Assembly (NCBI GenBank): GCA_965222375.1
Contig: CBDCTZ010000005.1
Span: forward strand, 96,001 to 160,000
Origin: Polyangiaceae bacterium
GTDB lineage: Bacteria; Myxococcota_A; Polyangia; Polyangiales; Polyangiaceae
Reading direction: 5' to 3'
Length of the DNA stretch: 64,000 bases
Shown piece by piece: positions 18,944-27,539 of this stretch (its first letter is position 1; every line of letters starts with the position of its first letter). Below the pieces are notes generated by a model. It ran no database searches. It was not told the DNA's origin and worked only from the letters and a program-made list of their open reading frames with translations. The position numbers and the translations under genes were made by a program.

Positions 18944-19951
18944 ATGAGCACAGAAGCCGAAGCCAGCGACATGCCCGTCGTGCCCGCCCTTTTCCGGCAT
19001 CGCAAGCGCAAGGACTGGGGACGAGCGATTTTGGCCTGGGACCGGACGGTCAAGCGGGCCTATCAGTTCGAAGACGGGGAACTCCGCATCATGGCCGAGG
19101 GGTTCTTCGGCATGATGGAGGAAATCGACGTGCCAGCCGATGAGGCCCGAAATGTAGTCCGGACCCTCGTGGGGCACCTCGATGCCGGCGAAGCCCGCCG
19201 CATTCTGCGCTCCCAGGGCGGAGGCGCCAGCATGAGCCTTCAGGACCAGATCGGGCTGTTCAAGGCGATGTTCCCGGCCGGATTCCAGGATCCGCAGTGG
19301 CTCGCCAAGACCCGCGGCGAAGGTGCGAAGCGCCATCTCAAGCGCCACCGCAATCGCGTGATCACGGACGCCAAGGAAATGCTCGGCAAGGAGAACCTCA
19401 ATCGCCTGCTCATGGAGCACAAGGCAACCGAGGTCGTCGAAGCCGCGGAGTCCATCATGTCACGGACGGATCTCGTGACCGCCGCTCAGCTGAAGCCTTT
19501 CAGCAGCGTCTCCCCGAAGAACCACCCGGAGCTCGCCAAGGGGATCCAAGAGTTCCTATACGGCAGCCACGGAGACGCCGAGCGGGTCACCGCTTGGGTC
19601 CAGCTCCTCACGCGCGTCATGGGTGCCCCACCCGCCTGGCAGCTCGCCACGGTTCTGCTGGGCTTGGTACGCGCCGAAGAGCATGTGCCGGTGCGCCCCA
19701 CGAGCTTCCGGGACCAGGCCCGCTACATGGCTCCTCGGGTCACCTGTTCCAACTCCCCTGACGGCGCGACCTATGCTCGCCTGCTGTCGATGACCCATGC
19801 GGTTCGGGACCGGCTCCTCGAGGCGGATCTGAAGCCCGCTGACTTCGTGGATGTTCACGACTTCATCCGCGTCACCCTTGGCTCGACCGCTCGAGCCAAA
19901 TGGGACGAAGCCAAGAAGAGCATCGAGGCAGAGGGCGCCGCGGCGGCCTGA
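18944..19951 (+). CDS. Hypothetical protein (N-terminal DUF3553-like motif, helical C-terminal domain)
   Basis: SD GGAGG at 18931-18935 before ATG 18944; 'FRHRKRKDWG' N-terminus; 'F...FP.GFQDP.W', 'WQLATVLL...EH..VRPT', 'LKPADFVDVHDFI'. Confidence 0.75.
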   Translation: MSTEAEASDMPVVPALFRHRKRKDWGRAILAWDRTVKRAYQFEDGELRIMAEGFFGMMEEIDVPADEARNVVRTLVGHLDAGEARRILRSQGGGASMSLQDQIGLFKAMFPAGFQDPQWLAKTRGEGAKRHLKRHRNRVITDAKEMLGKENLNRLLMEHKATEVVEAAESIMSRTDLVTAAQLKPFSSVSPKNHPELAKGIQEFLYGSHGDAERVTAWVQLLTRVMGAPPAWQLATVLLGLVRAEEHVPVRPTSFRDQARYMAPRVTCSNSPDGATYARLLSMTHAVRDRLLEADLKPADFVDVHDFIRVTLGSTARAKWDEAKKSIEAEGAAAA

Positions 19952-19975
19952 GTCAGCGCCTGCTCTGGGCTGAAG

Positions 19976-20010
19976 GCGCGAGTCGTGGCATTGGCCACGG
20001 CTCGCGTTTT
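19976..20010 (+). terminator. Rho-independent terminator
   Basis: 14-bp stem GCGCGAGTCGTGGC / GCCACGGCTCGCGT with ATTG loop, ending in a T run. Confidence 0.75.
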
Positions 20011-20066
20011 ACATTTGTCACCCTTCAATCCTCCACGGCATACATTGACGCCTTGGACGGCCGACC

Positions 20067-22334
20067 ATGAACGAACCACCCAACCCAAACGCGGCCGACG
20101 AGCCTCGGGACTTCATTCGCGAGATCGTCGAAACCGACCTCGCTGCGGGGCGCCATGAACGGATTGCGACGCGATTCCCACCGGAGCCCAACGGCTACCT
20201 GCACATTGGCCATGCCAAGAGCATTTGCCTTAACTTCGGTATTGCCTTGCAGTTCGACGGCGCCTGCCACCTGCGCATGGACGACAGCAACCCGACCACC
20301 GAGGACGAAGAATACGTTCGCGCCATTCAGCGCGACGTCCGCTGGCTGGGATTCGATTGGGGCGAGCACGAGTACTTCGCCTCCAACTACTTCGAAAGGC
20401 TGTACGAGCTCGCCGAGGGACTGATCCAAGACGGCCACGCCTACGTTGACAGCTCCACCGAGGAGGAGATCCGTGAGCACCGCGGCACCATTACCGAGGC
20501 CGGCGCGCCCACGCCCTACCGAGACCGGAGCGCAGAGGAAAGCCTCGACATGTTCCGGCGCATGCGTAGCGGGGAGTTCGCCGACGGCGCGCATGTCTTG
20601 AGGGCACGCATCGATCTGGCCGCGCCCAACATGAAGATGCGAGACCCGCTGCTGTATCGCATTCGGCATGCGCACCACTACCGAACCGGCGACACCTGGT
20701 GCATCTACCCCCTCTACGATTTCGTCCACCCCTTGAGCGATGCCATGGAGGGCATCACGCACTCGATTTGCACCTTGGAGTTCGAGAACAATCGAGAGCT
20801 CTATGATTGGGTCATCGAGCACTGCCGGGTGGACGCACGTCCGCGCCAGTACGAATTCGCCCGCCTCAACCTGACCTACACGGTGATGAGCAAGCGCAAG
20901 CTGCTCGAGCTGGTGCAGAAGGGACACGTGCAAGGCTGGGACGATCCCCGCATGCCCACCCTCGCCGGCATGCGCCGCCGCGGCATCACCCCCGAGGCCA
21001 TTCGCAAGTTCTGCGATCGCATCGGGGTTGCGAAAAACAACAGTACCGTGGACGTTGCACTCTTCGAGCACACTCTGCGCGATGATCTCAGTCCACGCTC
21101 ACCAAGAATGATGGCCGTGATGGATCCCCTCGAGGTCGTCATCGATGGCCTGCCCCCGGACACGGCCATGGAGCTGGAAGCGCCCCTCTGGCCACCGGAC
21201 ATCGGAAAACCCGGCAGCCGCATGCTGCCGCTGTGCAACCGTCTGTTCATCGAGCGCGATGACTTCAGCGAAAACCCGCCCAAGGGCTTTCACCGCCTCG
21301 CACCCGGCGCAAAGGTACGGCTCCGCCACGCCGACGTGATCCGCTGCGATCGGGTGGAAAGGGACGCCGCAGGCAAAGTGACACGTCTGCACTGCAGCGC
21401 CGTTGCGGAGACGGAGCCCGGCAAACGGGTCAAGGGCACCATCCATTGGGTGAGCGCCGAGCACGCCAAACCCGTGCGGGTCGCGGTCTACGACCGTCTA
21501 TTCCGATGCGAACATCCCGGCGCCGAGAGCGGCGACCCCCTCATGGATCTGAACGAGCACTCACTGACCCACACCACAGCCTGGGCCGAACCCGCCGTGG
21601 AAGCGTTAGCTCCGGGCAGCCACGTTCAGTTCGAACGGCTCGGCTACTTCTTCGTGGATGAAGCTGACGGCAAAAAACAGCTCAACCGCACCGTGGCCCT
21701 CAAGGACTCCTGGGCGAAGACCCAAGCCCGCGGAAAGCCTGCTGCCGCCAAAGCTCGAGCCAAGCCTCAACAAGCGAAGGTCGACCCGAAGGGCAAGGAG
21801 CCCCTGGGCTCTGCCGCCCAGGCGCTTCTGAGCAAGCACGGCATTTCCGCGGAGGATGCCCGGGTGCTGGGCGACGACTCGGCCTTGGCGAGCTTCTTCG
21901 AGCAAGCTCTGAGCCATCACGACAGCGCAAGCACCTTGGCAAGCTGGCTGGTCAACGAACTCCCCGGCGATCATCGTGGCAGCGCGCTCGCCGAGTTGCC
22001 CTTCGGGCCCAAGGAGTTCGCGCAGCTCGTCGGTCTGGTGGACGACAGCACGATTACCGGCGCGGCGGGCAAGAAGATCCTGCGCATCCTCATCGAAGCC
22101 GGCGGATCCCCCACGCAGATCGTGGACGAACGGGGTCTGCGGCAAATCGCCGACAGCTCCGAGCTACTGCCCGTGATCGAGCGCGTCTTGAACGCCAACA
22201 CCGAGACGGTGCAGCGCTATCGCGACGGCAATACCAAGCTCTTGGGGGCCTTCGTCGGGATGGTGATGCGCGAAACCCGCGGCAAAGCCAACCCAAAACT
22301 CGTCGACCGCATGCTGCGAGACAAGCTGAGCTAG
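20067..22334 (+). CDS. glnS: Glutaminyl-tRNA synthetase with C-terminal YqeY/GatB domain
   Basis: 'TRFPPEPNGYLHIGHAK', 'HSICTLEF', 'VMSKRKL', 'QFERLGYF'; tail 'YRDGNTKLLGAFVGMVMRETRGKANP'. Confidence 0.97.
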   Translation: MNEPPNPNAADEPRDFIREIVETDLAAGRHERIATRFPPEPNGYLHIGHAKSICLNFGIALQFDGACHLRMDDSNPTTEDEEYVRAIQRDVRWLGFDWGEHEYFASNYFERLYELAEGLIQDGHAYVDSSTEEEIREHRGTITEAGAPTPYRDRSAEESLDMFRRMRSGEFADGAHVLRARIDLAAPNMKMRDPLLYRIRHAHHYRTGDTWCIYPLYDFVHPLSDAMEGITHSICTLEFENNRELYDWVIEHCRVDARPRQYEFARLNLTYTVMSKRKLLELVQKGHVQGWDDPRMPTLAGMRRRGITPEAIRKFCDRIGVAKNNSTVDVALFEHTLRDDLSPRSPRMMAVMDPLEVVIDGLPPDTAMELEAPLWPPDIGKPGSRMLPLCNRLFIERDDFSENPPKGFHRLAPGAKVRLRHADVIRCDRVERDAAGKVTRLHCSAVAETEPGKRVKGTIHWVSAEHAKPVRVAVYDRLFRCEHPGAESGDPLMDLNEHSLTHTTAWAEPAVEALAPGSHVQFERLGYFFVDEADGKKQLNRTVALKDSWAKTQARGKPAAAKARAKPQQAKVDPKGKEPLGSAAQALLSKHGISAEDARVLGDDSALASFFEQALSHHDSASTLASWLVNELPGDHRGSALAELPFGPKEFAQLVGLVDDSTITGAAGKKILRILIEAGGSPTQIVDERGLRQIADSSELLPVIERVLNANTETVQRYRDGNTKLLGAFVGMVMRETRGKANPKLVDRMLRDKLS

Positions 22335-24018
22335 AGACCCGATCAAATTCTAGCGGCGGCGTCGAAATACAAAGCAAGTTCGATCGCTTAGAAGCCAGGA
22401 TCGACGCGCCGGGCGTGTAGTGATCAAACGGGGTCAGGAGGACCCCATGGAGATCTGGAAGGCGCCGGTCGAGCTGTCGCGTGGTGAGAAGTTCATCGCA
22501 AAGCGATGTGCGAAACGCAGAGTATTCGTATTCCTGCGCGAGCTGCGACATAGGATTTTTGACGAAGAGATGCAGGCGAAGCTGACGGAGGCATATTCGC
22601 CCGTGGAGCGGGGGCGTGGTCGCGTCCCGCCTGCTCAACTCGGCCTTGCGATGTTGCTGCAGGCCGCGCTGCGTGTGCCCGACCACGAGGTGGTTGAGCT
22701 TACGTTGATGGATCGCCGCTGGCAAATGGTGCTCAACTGTGCGGGAATCGAAGTGCCGCTCTTCTCGCAAGGCACGTTTTACAACTTTCGCCAGCGCGTC
22801 ATTGCGCATGGGCTCGACGAGCTGCTCTTCAACAAGACGGTCGAACTCGCACGCGAGACGGGCGGATTCAGTGCAACGCACCTGCGTGCTGCATTCGACG
22901 CCAGCCCACTATGGGGCGCGGGTCGCGTCGAGGACACCTTCAATCTCATCGGGCGCGCCTCGCTACACGTCGTTCGCACGGCAGCGCGGCGGCTCGGTCA
23001 ACCCGTCGACAAGGTCGCGGCTGCTGCGGGGATCCCAGTACTCAACGCCACCAGCATCAAGACAGGGCTCGACATCGACTGGGACGACCCTGGGGCGCGC
23101 ACCAAGGCGCTCGGTCGACTGCTCAAGCAGGTACAGTCACTCGGCCGCTTTCTCGAAAAAGAGCTGACGAAACCGCTGAAAGAAGCGCCGCTGGCCGGGC
23201 AGTGGGCACTGGTGGAAAAGCTCGTCTCGCAGGACACCGAGCCCGATCCAGACGGGGACGGAGGGAGCCGGATCACACGCGGCGTGGCGAAGGACCGACG
23301 CATTAGCGTGAGTGACCCCGACATGCGTCATGGCCGCAAGAGCAAGAAGAAACGCATCGACGGCTACAAGCGACACATCGCGATACAGCTCGATACGCCC
23401 GGCATCATCTGCGCCGTCGCGATCACCCCCGCGAATCGTCCTGAACGTGTCGCTTCGGCAGAATTACTCGAACAGTGCGGCTCCGTTTCAGAACTCTACA
23501 TCGATCGAGGCTACCTTGGCGACGATGCGATCGAATCCCGTCGCGCCGAAGGAACAGAGGTTTTCTGCAAACCGTTTCCGTTGCGCAACGGCGGGCGCTT
23601 CACCAAGGCCGATTTCAAGCTCGATCTGGCTGCGGGAATCGCCCGTTGTCCCGAAGGCGTTGCGGTTAAAGCGAGCGCTGGCTCCGTCGCTCGCTTCCCA
23701 GCTGCCCGCTGCGATGTATGTCGCAGCCGCGACGACTGCACGCGCGCCGCCCCGGGGCGTGGCCGCAGCGTCACGCTACACCCCCATGAGCCCTTCCACA
23801 TCCAGCTGCGCGAAAACGCCCGCACGCGCGAAGGCCGCGCCCGCCTTCGCAAGCGTACTGCCGTCGAACACAGCCTCGCGACCCTGCATAACCGCCAAGG
23901 CGACCGTGCTCGCTACCGTGGTCAGCGCAACAACCTCTTCGACCTCCGCCGGCACGCTGCTCTCAGCAACCTGAGCGTTATCGATCAGTTGCGAGTTGCC
24001 GCTTAAGTGGTCAGGCCC
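22335..24018 (+). mobile_element. IS1182-like insertion sequence with CTAG target duplication
   Basis: CTAG at 22331-22334 and 24019-24022 flank the element. Imperfect terminal IRs: AGACCCGATCA vs reverse complement of the right end GGGCCTGACCA (7/11). Single transposase ORF. Confidence 0.82.
22447..24006 (+). CDS. DDE transposase (IS1182/IS5-like, with Zn-ribbon C-terminal region)
   Basis: SD AGGAGG before ATG 22447; 'GRGRVPP', 'FDASPL', 'DPDMRHGRKS..RIDGYKRH', 'YIDRGY', 'CP.G...C..C....CT', 'KRTAVEH'. Confidence 0.9.
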   Translation: MEIWKAPVELSRGEKFIAKRCAKRRVFVFLRELRHRIFDEEMQAKLTEAYSPVERGRGRVPPAQLGLAMLLQAALRVPDHEVVELTLMDRRWQMVLNCAGIEVPLFSQGTFYNFRQRVIAHGLDELLFNKTVELARETGGFSATHLRAAFDASPLWGAGRVEDTFNLIGRASLHVVRTAARRLGQPVDKVAAAAGIPVLNATSIKTGLDIDWDDPGARTKALGRLLKQVQSLGRFLEKELTKPLKEAPLAGQWALVEKLVSQDTEPDPDGDGGSRITRGVAKDRRISVSDPDMRHGRKSKKKRIDGYKRHIAIQLDTPGIICAVAITPANRPERVASAELLEQCGSVSELYIDRGYLGDDAIESRRAEGTEVFCKPFPLRNGGRFTKADFKLDLAAGIARCPEGVAVKASAGSVARFPAARCDVCRSRDDCTRAAPGRGRSVTLHPHEPFHIQLRENARTREGRARLRKRTAVEHSLATLHNRQGDRARYRGQRNNLFDLRRHAALSNLSVIDQLRVAA

Positions 24019-24029
24019 CTAGCGATAGA

Positions 24030-24938
24030 TCAATGTTTGTTTGGGGTCGGTTCGCGGGCGCCCGCAGGGCCACTACTCCCGCGCGGGGCCATGCAACAGC
24101 GAAAGCCCGTCGTGTAGTCGTGGTAGGTGGCCTGGTGTCCCGGCGTGAGGTAGGTGCACCCTTCTCCATGCTCGGCCACGGTGCTGTAGAAGCCGCCCAT
24201 GAAGATCGCGTTACCTCGGTTGATACGGATCTTGCCCACGATGTCTTCGAGCACGGGCAGTTTCGTCGGCAAGGTCTCGTCGACGATGTCGCTGACCCAC
24301 TCGTGTACGTTGCCCACCATGTCGTAGGTCCCGGCGTCGCTGGCACAACGACCGTAAGTGCCCGTCTTGGCCAGAAAGCCAGGCTCGGCGTTCAGCCGTG
24401 GACTGTTGAAGTGGGAAACCAACGTCCAACGCCGAGAATCGCGACCGAAGAGTCGGCCCAGCAGATGCGGCTTGCCGTTGTTGCATCGCTCCGCTTCGGC
24501 TTGGCGACCCCAGGGGTACACGCCTTTCGAGCTACCCCGGCAGGCGCGATACCATTCGACCAGGCTACACAATCGCTTGCCCGCCACGGAACAGGCCTGC
24601 GCCGCTTCAACCCGGCTCAGATATGCCTGCGGGAACACACCCGGCGACGAGCGTGCGGCATAGCGCTGCCCAGTCGAGGGCCGCTTCGTATGGGGGTGAG
24701 GCGTAGACGCGGCGGTCTTGCCTGTCACCGGTACCAGGTGCGCTTCCCAACGATCTACGCACGTCCCGGCAACGAGGGCCATCTCCTCCGGGCATGGCGG
24801 TGGAGCAGTCGCGCGATGGCTTGGAGCACGGCTCGTAGCGCGGCGATCCTCAGTGCGGGCCAGTCGCGCCTCAGCGGTCGCGCAGCCCGTGGTGGCTACG
24901 ACCGAAAGCGAAACGACCAACCTCGCCCTTGGGCCCAT
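24030..24938 (-). CDS. FGE-sulfatase (SUMF1/EgtB C-terminal) domain lipoprotein
   Basis: 'CPEEMALV...CVDRWEA', 'GKRLCSLVEWYRAC', 'YPWG', 'YDMVGNVHEW', 'GFRCC'. Confidence 0.9.
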   Translation of the reverse strand: MGPRARLVVSLSVVATTGCATAEARLARTEDRRATSRAPSHRATAPPPCPEEMALVAGTCVDRWEAHLVPVTGKTAASTPHPHTKRPSTGQRYAARSSPGVFPQAYLSRVEAAQACSVAGKRLCSLVEWYRACRGSSKGVYPWGRQAEAERCNNGKPHLLGRLFGRDSRRWTLVSHFNSPRLNAEPGFLAKTGTYGRCASDAGTYDMVGNVHEWVSDIVDETLPTKLPVLEDIVGKIRINRGNAIFMGGFYSTVAEHGEGCTYLTPGHQATYHDYTTGFRCCMAPRGSSGPAGAREPTPNKH

Positions 24939-24988
24939 CGCGCCAGTGTTTCACAGGGGCGCGCACGAAGCGAGGAATGTGCGCCGCC

Positions 24989-25813
24989 TCAACGTTTGCG
25001 CAAAACAATCCGTAGCGTCACCCGCCGATCCTTCGGGTTCGGTGGTGGCGCCTCGGTTCCGGCGCCGAACACGTTTTGCGTGACGGCAATGGTCATCAGC
25101 CGTGCGCCGTCGATGCCGGCTGCGATCAGCGCGTCCTTGACCGCTTGTGCGCGCTGTTGCGCCAGGGCGTGAGACTCACCTGGTGTCAGCTGGCCCACCA
25201 CGGCAACACATTCGACGCTCGCGTCCGAGCTGAGCTTGCCGGCCACCGCCGCGATCTGCGGCGCCGCGCTCTCCTCGATCTTGGACGAGCTCTCGGCGAA
25301 AAGGATGATCTCCGACATGGTCTCGCTCGCGCCCAAGTCGTTGCGCACCCGGTCTTGGGTTGCGTGGTTTTCGATCTGTGCGCAACCCGTGGGGCCCGTC
25401 GCCGTGGCCCCACCGGCGACGGGTTGGAACGGCGGAACGTTGACGGCCAGCTTGCCCGGAACGCACTGTTCCGGTGGAGGCGGCACCATGTGACACTGAG
25501 TCGGCGAGTGCCGCTGCAGGTGCTCCCGGGCCACGATTTCTTGGTTCGCCATCACTTGGATCTCTTCCCGCAAATCCGGTGGGGTGAAGTTGGGGTACTT
25601 CTGGTTCGGAATCGGTGCATACATCACCTCGAGGATGACGTGGGGCGCCGGGAACTCCGCCTCTCGAACCTTGGTGACTGCCTCGAGCTGGCACTGCCCC
25701 TCCCAGCGCTCGGAGGCACAGGTGACTTGGCTTGGGCCACCGCACGACGCGTGGAGGATCCCGAGGGTGGCAGTTGCGAAGATGAACCCAGACACAGATC
25801 GAAGAAGCGCCAT
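24989..25813 (-). CDS. OmpA/MotB-like peptidoglycan-binding domain lipoprotein
   Basis: Lipobox 'HASC'; 'ILFAESSSKI', 'LAQQRAQAVKDALIAAGIDGARL', 'DRRVTL'. Start ATG 25813. Confidence 0.82.
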   Translation of the reverse strand: MALLRSVSGFIFATATLGILHASCGGPSQVTCASERWEGQCQLEAVTKVREAEFPAPHVILEVMYAPIPNQKYPNFTPPDLREEIQVMANQEIVAREHLQRHSPTQCHMVPPPPEQCVPGKLAVNVPPFQPVAGGATATGPTGCAQIENHATQDRVRNDLGASETMSEIILFAESSSKIEESAAPQIAAVAGKLSSDASVECVAVVGQLTPGESHALAQQRAQAVKDALIAAGIDGARLMTIAVTQNVFGAGTEAPPPNPKDRRVTLRIVLRKR

Positions 25814-25863
25814 GGGCAGACTGTAGCCCAGGCGCGCCTGAGGAAAAGACGGCAACCGCGAAA

Positions 25864-26874
25864 TCAGCCTGGCGTGGCCGTCTTGCGCGTCGCTCCAATG
25901 ACGAGCGTCACCACTCCATCGACGATGGCGACGTCGCCGGGGTGCTTGACGTGCACGCCACTCAGGATGTGATGGCCTTCGGAGGCGAAAGCACCGACCT
26001 CGGTGATAAGCCATCCCTCCCCCAGTGCCTCGAAGCTTGCAAAATGGCGCTCCCCTTCGGGCCCGGCCCAAGGCGCCGGATCATGAAAGACCAGAGTGTT
26101 CGCGGAGGCGTTGCCGGATGCATCCACTCCGGTACCGACCAGGGTCAGCCAGTGCCCCCCACGGCGACGGAACACACCCTCGACCCGCGGGCTGGGTCGA
26201 TACCAGCCAATGTTGACGAATACGCTCGCGCCCTGGGCAAAGGCGTCGATCATCGCCTCCCGGGACGGTGCCTTTTGGCCTGTCGCGAAGCGTCTCGGAT
26301 GCCCTCGCCACCCCTGATAACTCAAACTCGCGCGGTACCCCTGGTGGCGCAGATAGCGCTCTAGCCCAACCATCAAGCCGGCTGCGCCGGTGCCCGCATT
26401 GGCGCTGGTGCCCATGTAGCGACCAGAACCCAGGAGGCGTACGAGCGCCGTGTGCGCTTGTCGAGGAGACGACCGCTCGGGCATGAGATCCCGCTGACCG
26501 CCAGCCGCCAACCCCGCGATGGCGTTGGAGACCGCAACCGGACCGCAGTAGGAACTTCCTCCGCCGGGAACCAGCAAGTCCGCCGACGTCTGGGTCAGAT
26601 CTGGCATCTTCCGGATCGAGCGCTGGAGCCGAAGCTCTCGCTCCCGCTGCACGAGCTCTTGCTCGATTCGAGCCTGAGTCGCCTCCGCGACGCGCGAGAA
26701 GTCCGCGACCAAGCCGCCAGTGAGCATGACCGGGGGGCCACTGGCCGAGGACGGGCGCGGCAAGGCCACGGCGCCGATCGTGGCTACGGCTACGACGCCA
26801 AGCGCCGAGAGGCGGAGAACGTGGGTCCGTCGGGGGCCAGCAGGCACCCCTAGCTCATAGTCCAAATCCCGCAA
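25864..26874 (-). CDS. Putative papain-fold (C39-like) cysteine peptidase with N-terminal membrane anchor
   Basis: 'Q...YCGPVAVSNAI', 'GGHWLTLVG', 'FHDP' match the Cys/His/Asp order of C39-like peptidases. Start codon uncertain. Confidence 0.65.
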   Translation of the reverse strand: MRDLDYELGVPAGPRRTHVLRLSALGVVAVATIGAVALPRPSSASGPPVMLTGGLVADFSRVAEATQARIEQELVQRERELRLQRSIRKMPDLTQTSADLLVPGGGSSYCGPVAVSNAIAGLAAGGQRDLMPERSSPRQAHTALVRLLGSGRYMGTSANAGTGAAGLMVGLERYLRHQGYRASLSYQGWRGHPRRFATGQKAPSREAMIDAFAQGASVFVNIGWYRPSPRVEGVFRRRGGHWLTLVGTGVDASGNASANTLVFHDPAPWAGPEGERHFASFEALGEGWLITEVGAFASEGHHILSGVHVKHPGDVAIVDGVVTLVIGATRKTATPG

Positions 26875-26895
26875 AAGGGCGACATCCCAGCGGTT

Positions 26896-27084
26896 TCACG
26901 GGCCAGAGCAGCGTTTCACACAACTCTCGGTGCGCTTGTGGCAGGCCTTCGCACAGTCCAAGTCCCCATCGCAAGCCAAGATGCAATCCGTATGTGCGCT
27001 CTGGCATCCCGTGTTGCAGCGCTGCACTGCACTCTGAGGCGCGGGTTGCGCCATGCATAGAGCCAAGAGCAGCAGGGTACGCAT
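26896..27084 (-). CDS. Small secreted Cys-rich peptide (62 aa, four CX3C motifs)
   Basis: MRTLLLLALCMAQPAPQSAVQRCNTGCQSAHTDCILACDGDLDCAKACHKRTESCVKRCSGP; collinear with its neighbours and fills the intergenic gap. Confidence 0.7.
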   Translation of the reverse strand: MRTLLLLALCMAQPAPQSAVQRCNTGCQSAHTDCILACDGDLDCAKACHKRTESCVKRCSGP

Positions 27085-27122
27085 GAAGTGGACAACGGCC
27101 ACCCTGGGGAAATCTTGAGGCG

Positions 27123-27539
27123 CTAGGCCGGCTCGGCCCCGCGCACCAGCGCTTCGACTCGCCCAAGCAGCGGTCGATCCGCCGCGGCGAAATCCATGTC
27201 GTGGAGATCGTCCGCCTCGACCCAACGGACCTCTAGGTGCTCCCGCAGCACCGGTGAGCCCGAGATGAGCCTCGCGCTGTAGAGCGTGAGCTCGATGAGC
27301 CCCGCCGAAGCAGCCGCGCGAACCGAGCCAATCGCGGCCGTCACGTCGATCCGAAGTTCCAGCTCCTCGTAGATTTCCCGCTTCAACGCTTCGGCGGCAC
27401 TCTCGCCGCGCTTCACCTTGCCACCCGGAAACTCCCACTTGAAGGCGGCGCTACCGCCCGGGCCGCGCTTGGCCACCAGGCAGCGGCGGCCCGACACAAT
27501 CACTGCACCCACGACCTCGATCGCGGGTTGCCGCGTCAC
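27123..27539 (-). CDS. NUDIX hydrolase (MutT/NudG-like)
   Basis: Nudix box 'WEFPGGKVKRGESAAEALKREIYEEL'; GTG start overlaps the upstream TGA. Confidence 0.92.
   Translation of the reverse strand: MTRQPAIEVVGAVIVSGRRCLVAKRGPGGSAAFKWEFPGGKVKRGESAAEALKREIYEELELRIDVTAAIGSVRAAASAGLIELTLYSARLISGSPVLREHLEVRWVEADDLHDMDFAAADRPLLGRVEALVRGAEPA

Noticed and set aside
20025..21071. 348-aa antisense ORF over glnS
   Set aside because: Shadow ORF caused by high-GC codon bias opposite a conserved gene; no recognisable motifs.
24033..25172. 379-aa plus-strand ORF
   Set aside because: Antisense to the FGE and OmpA-like genes, which have clear motifs.
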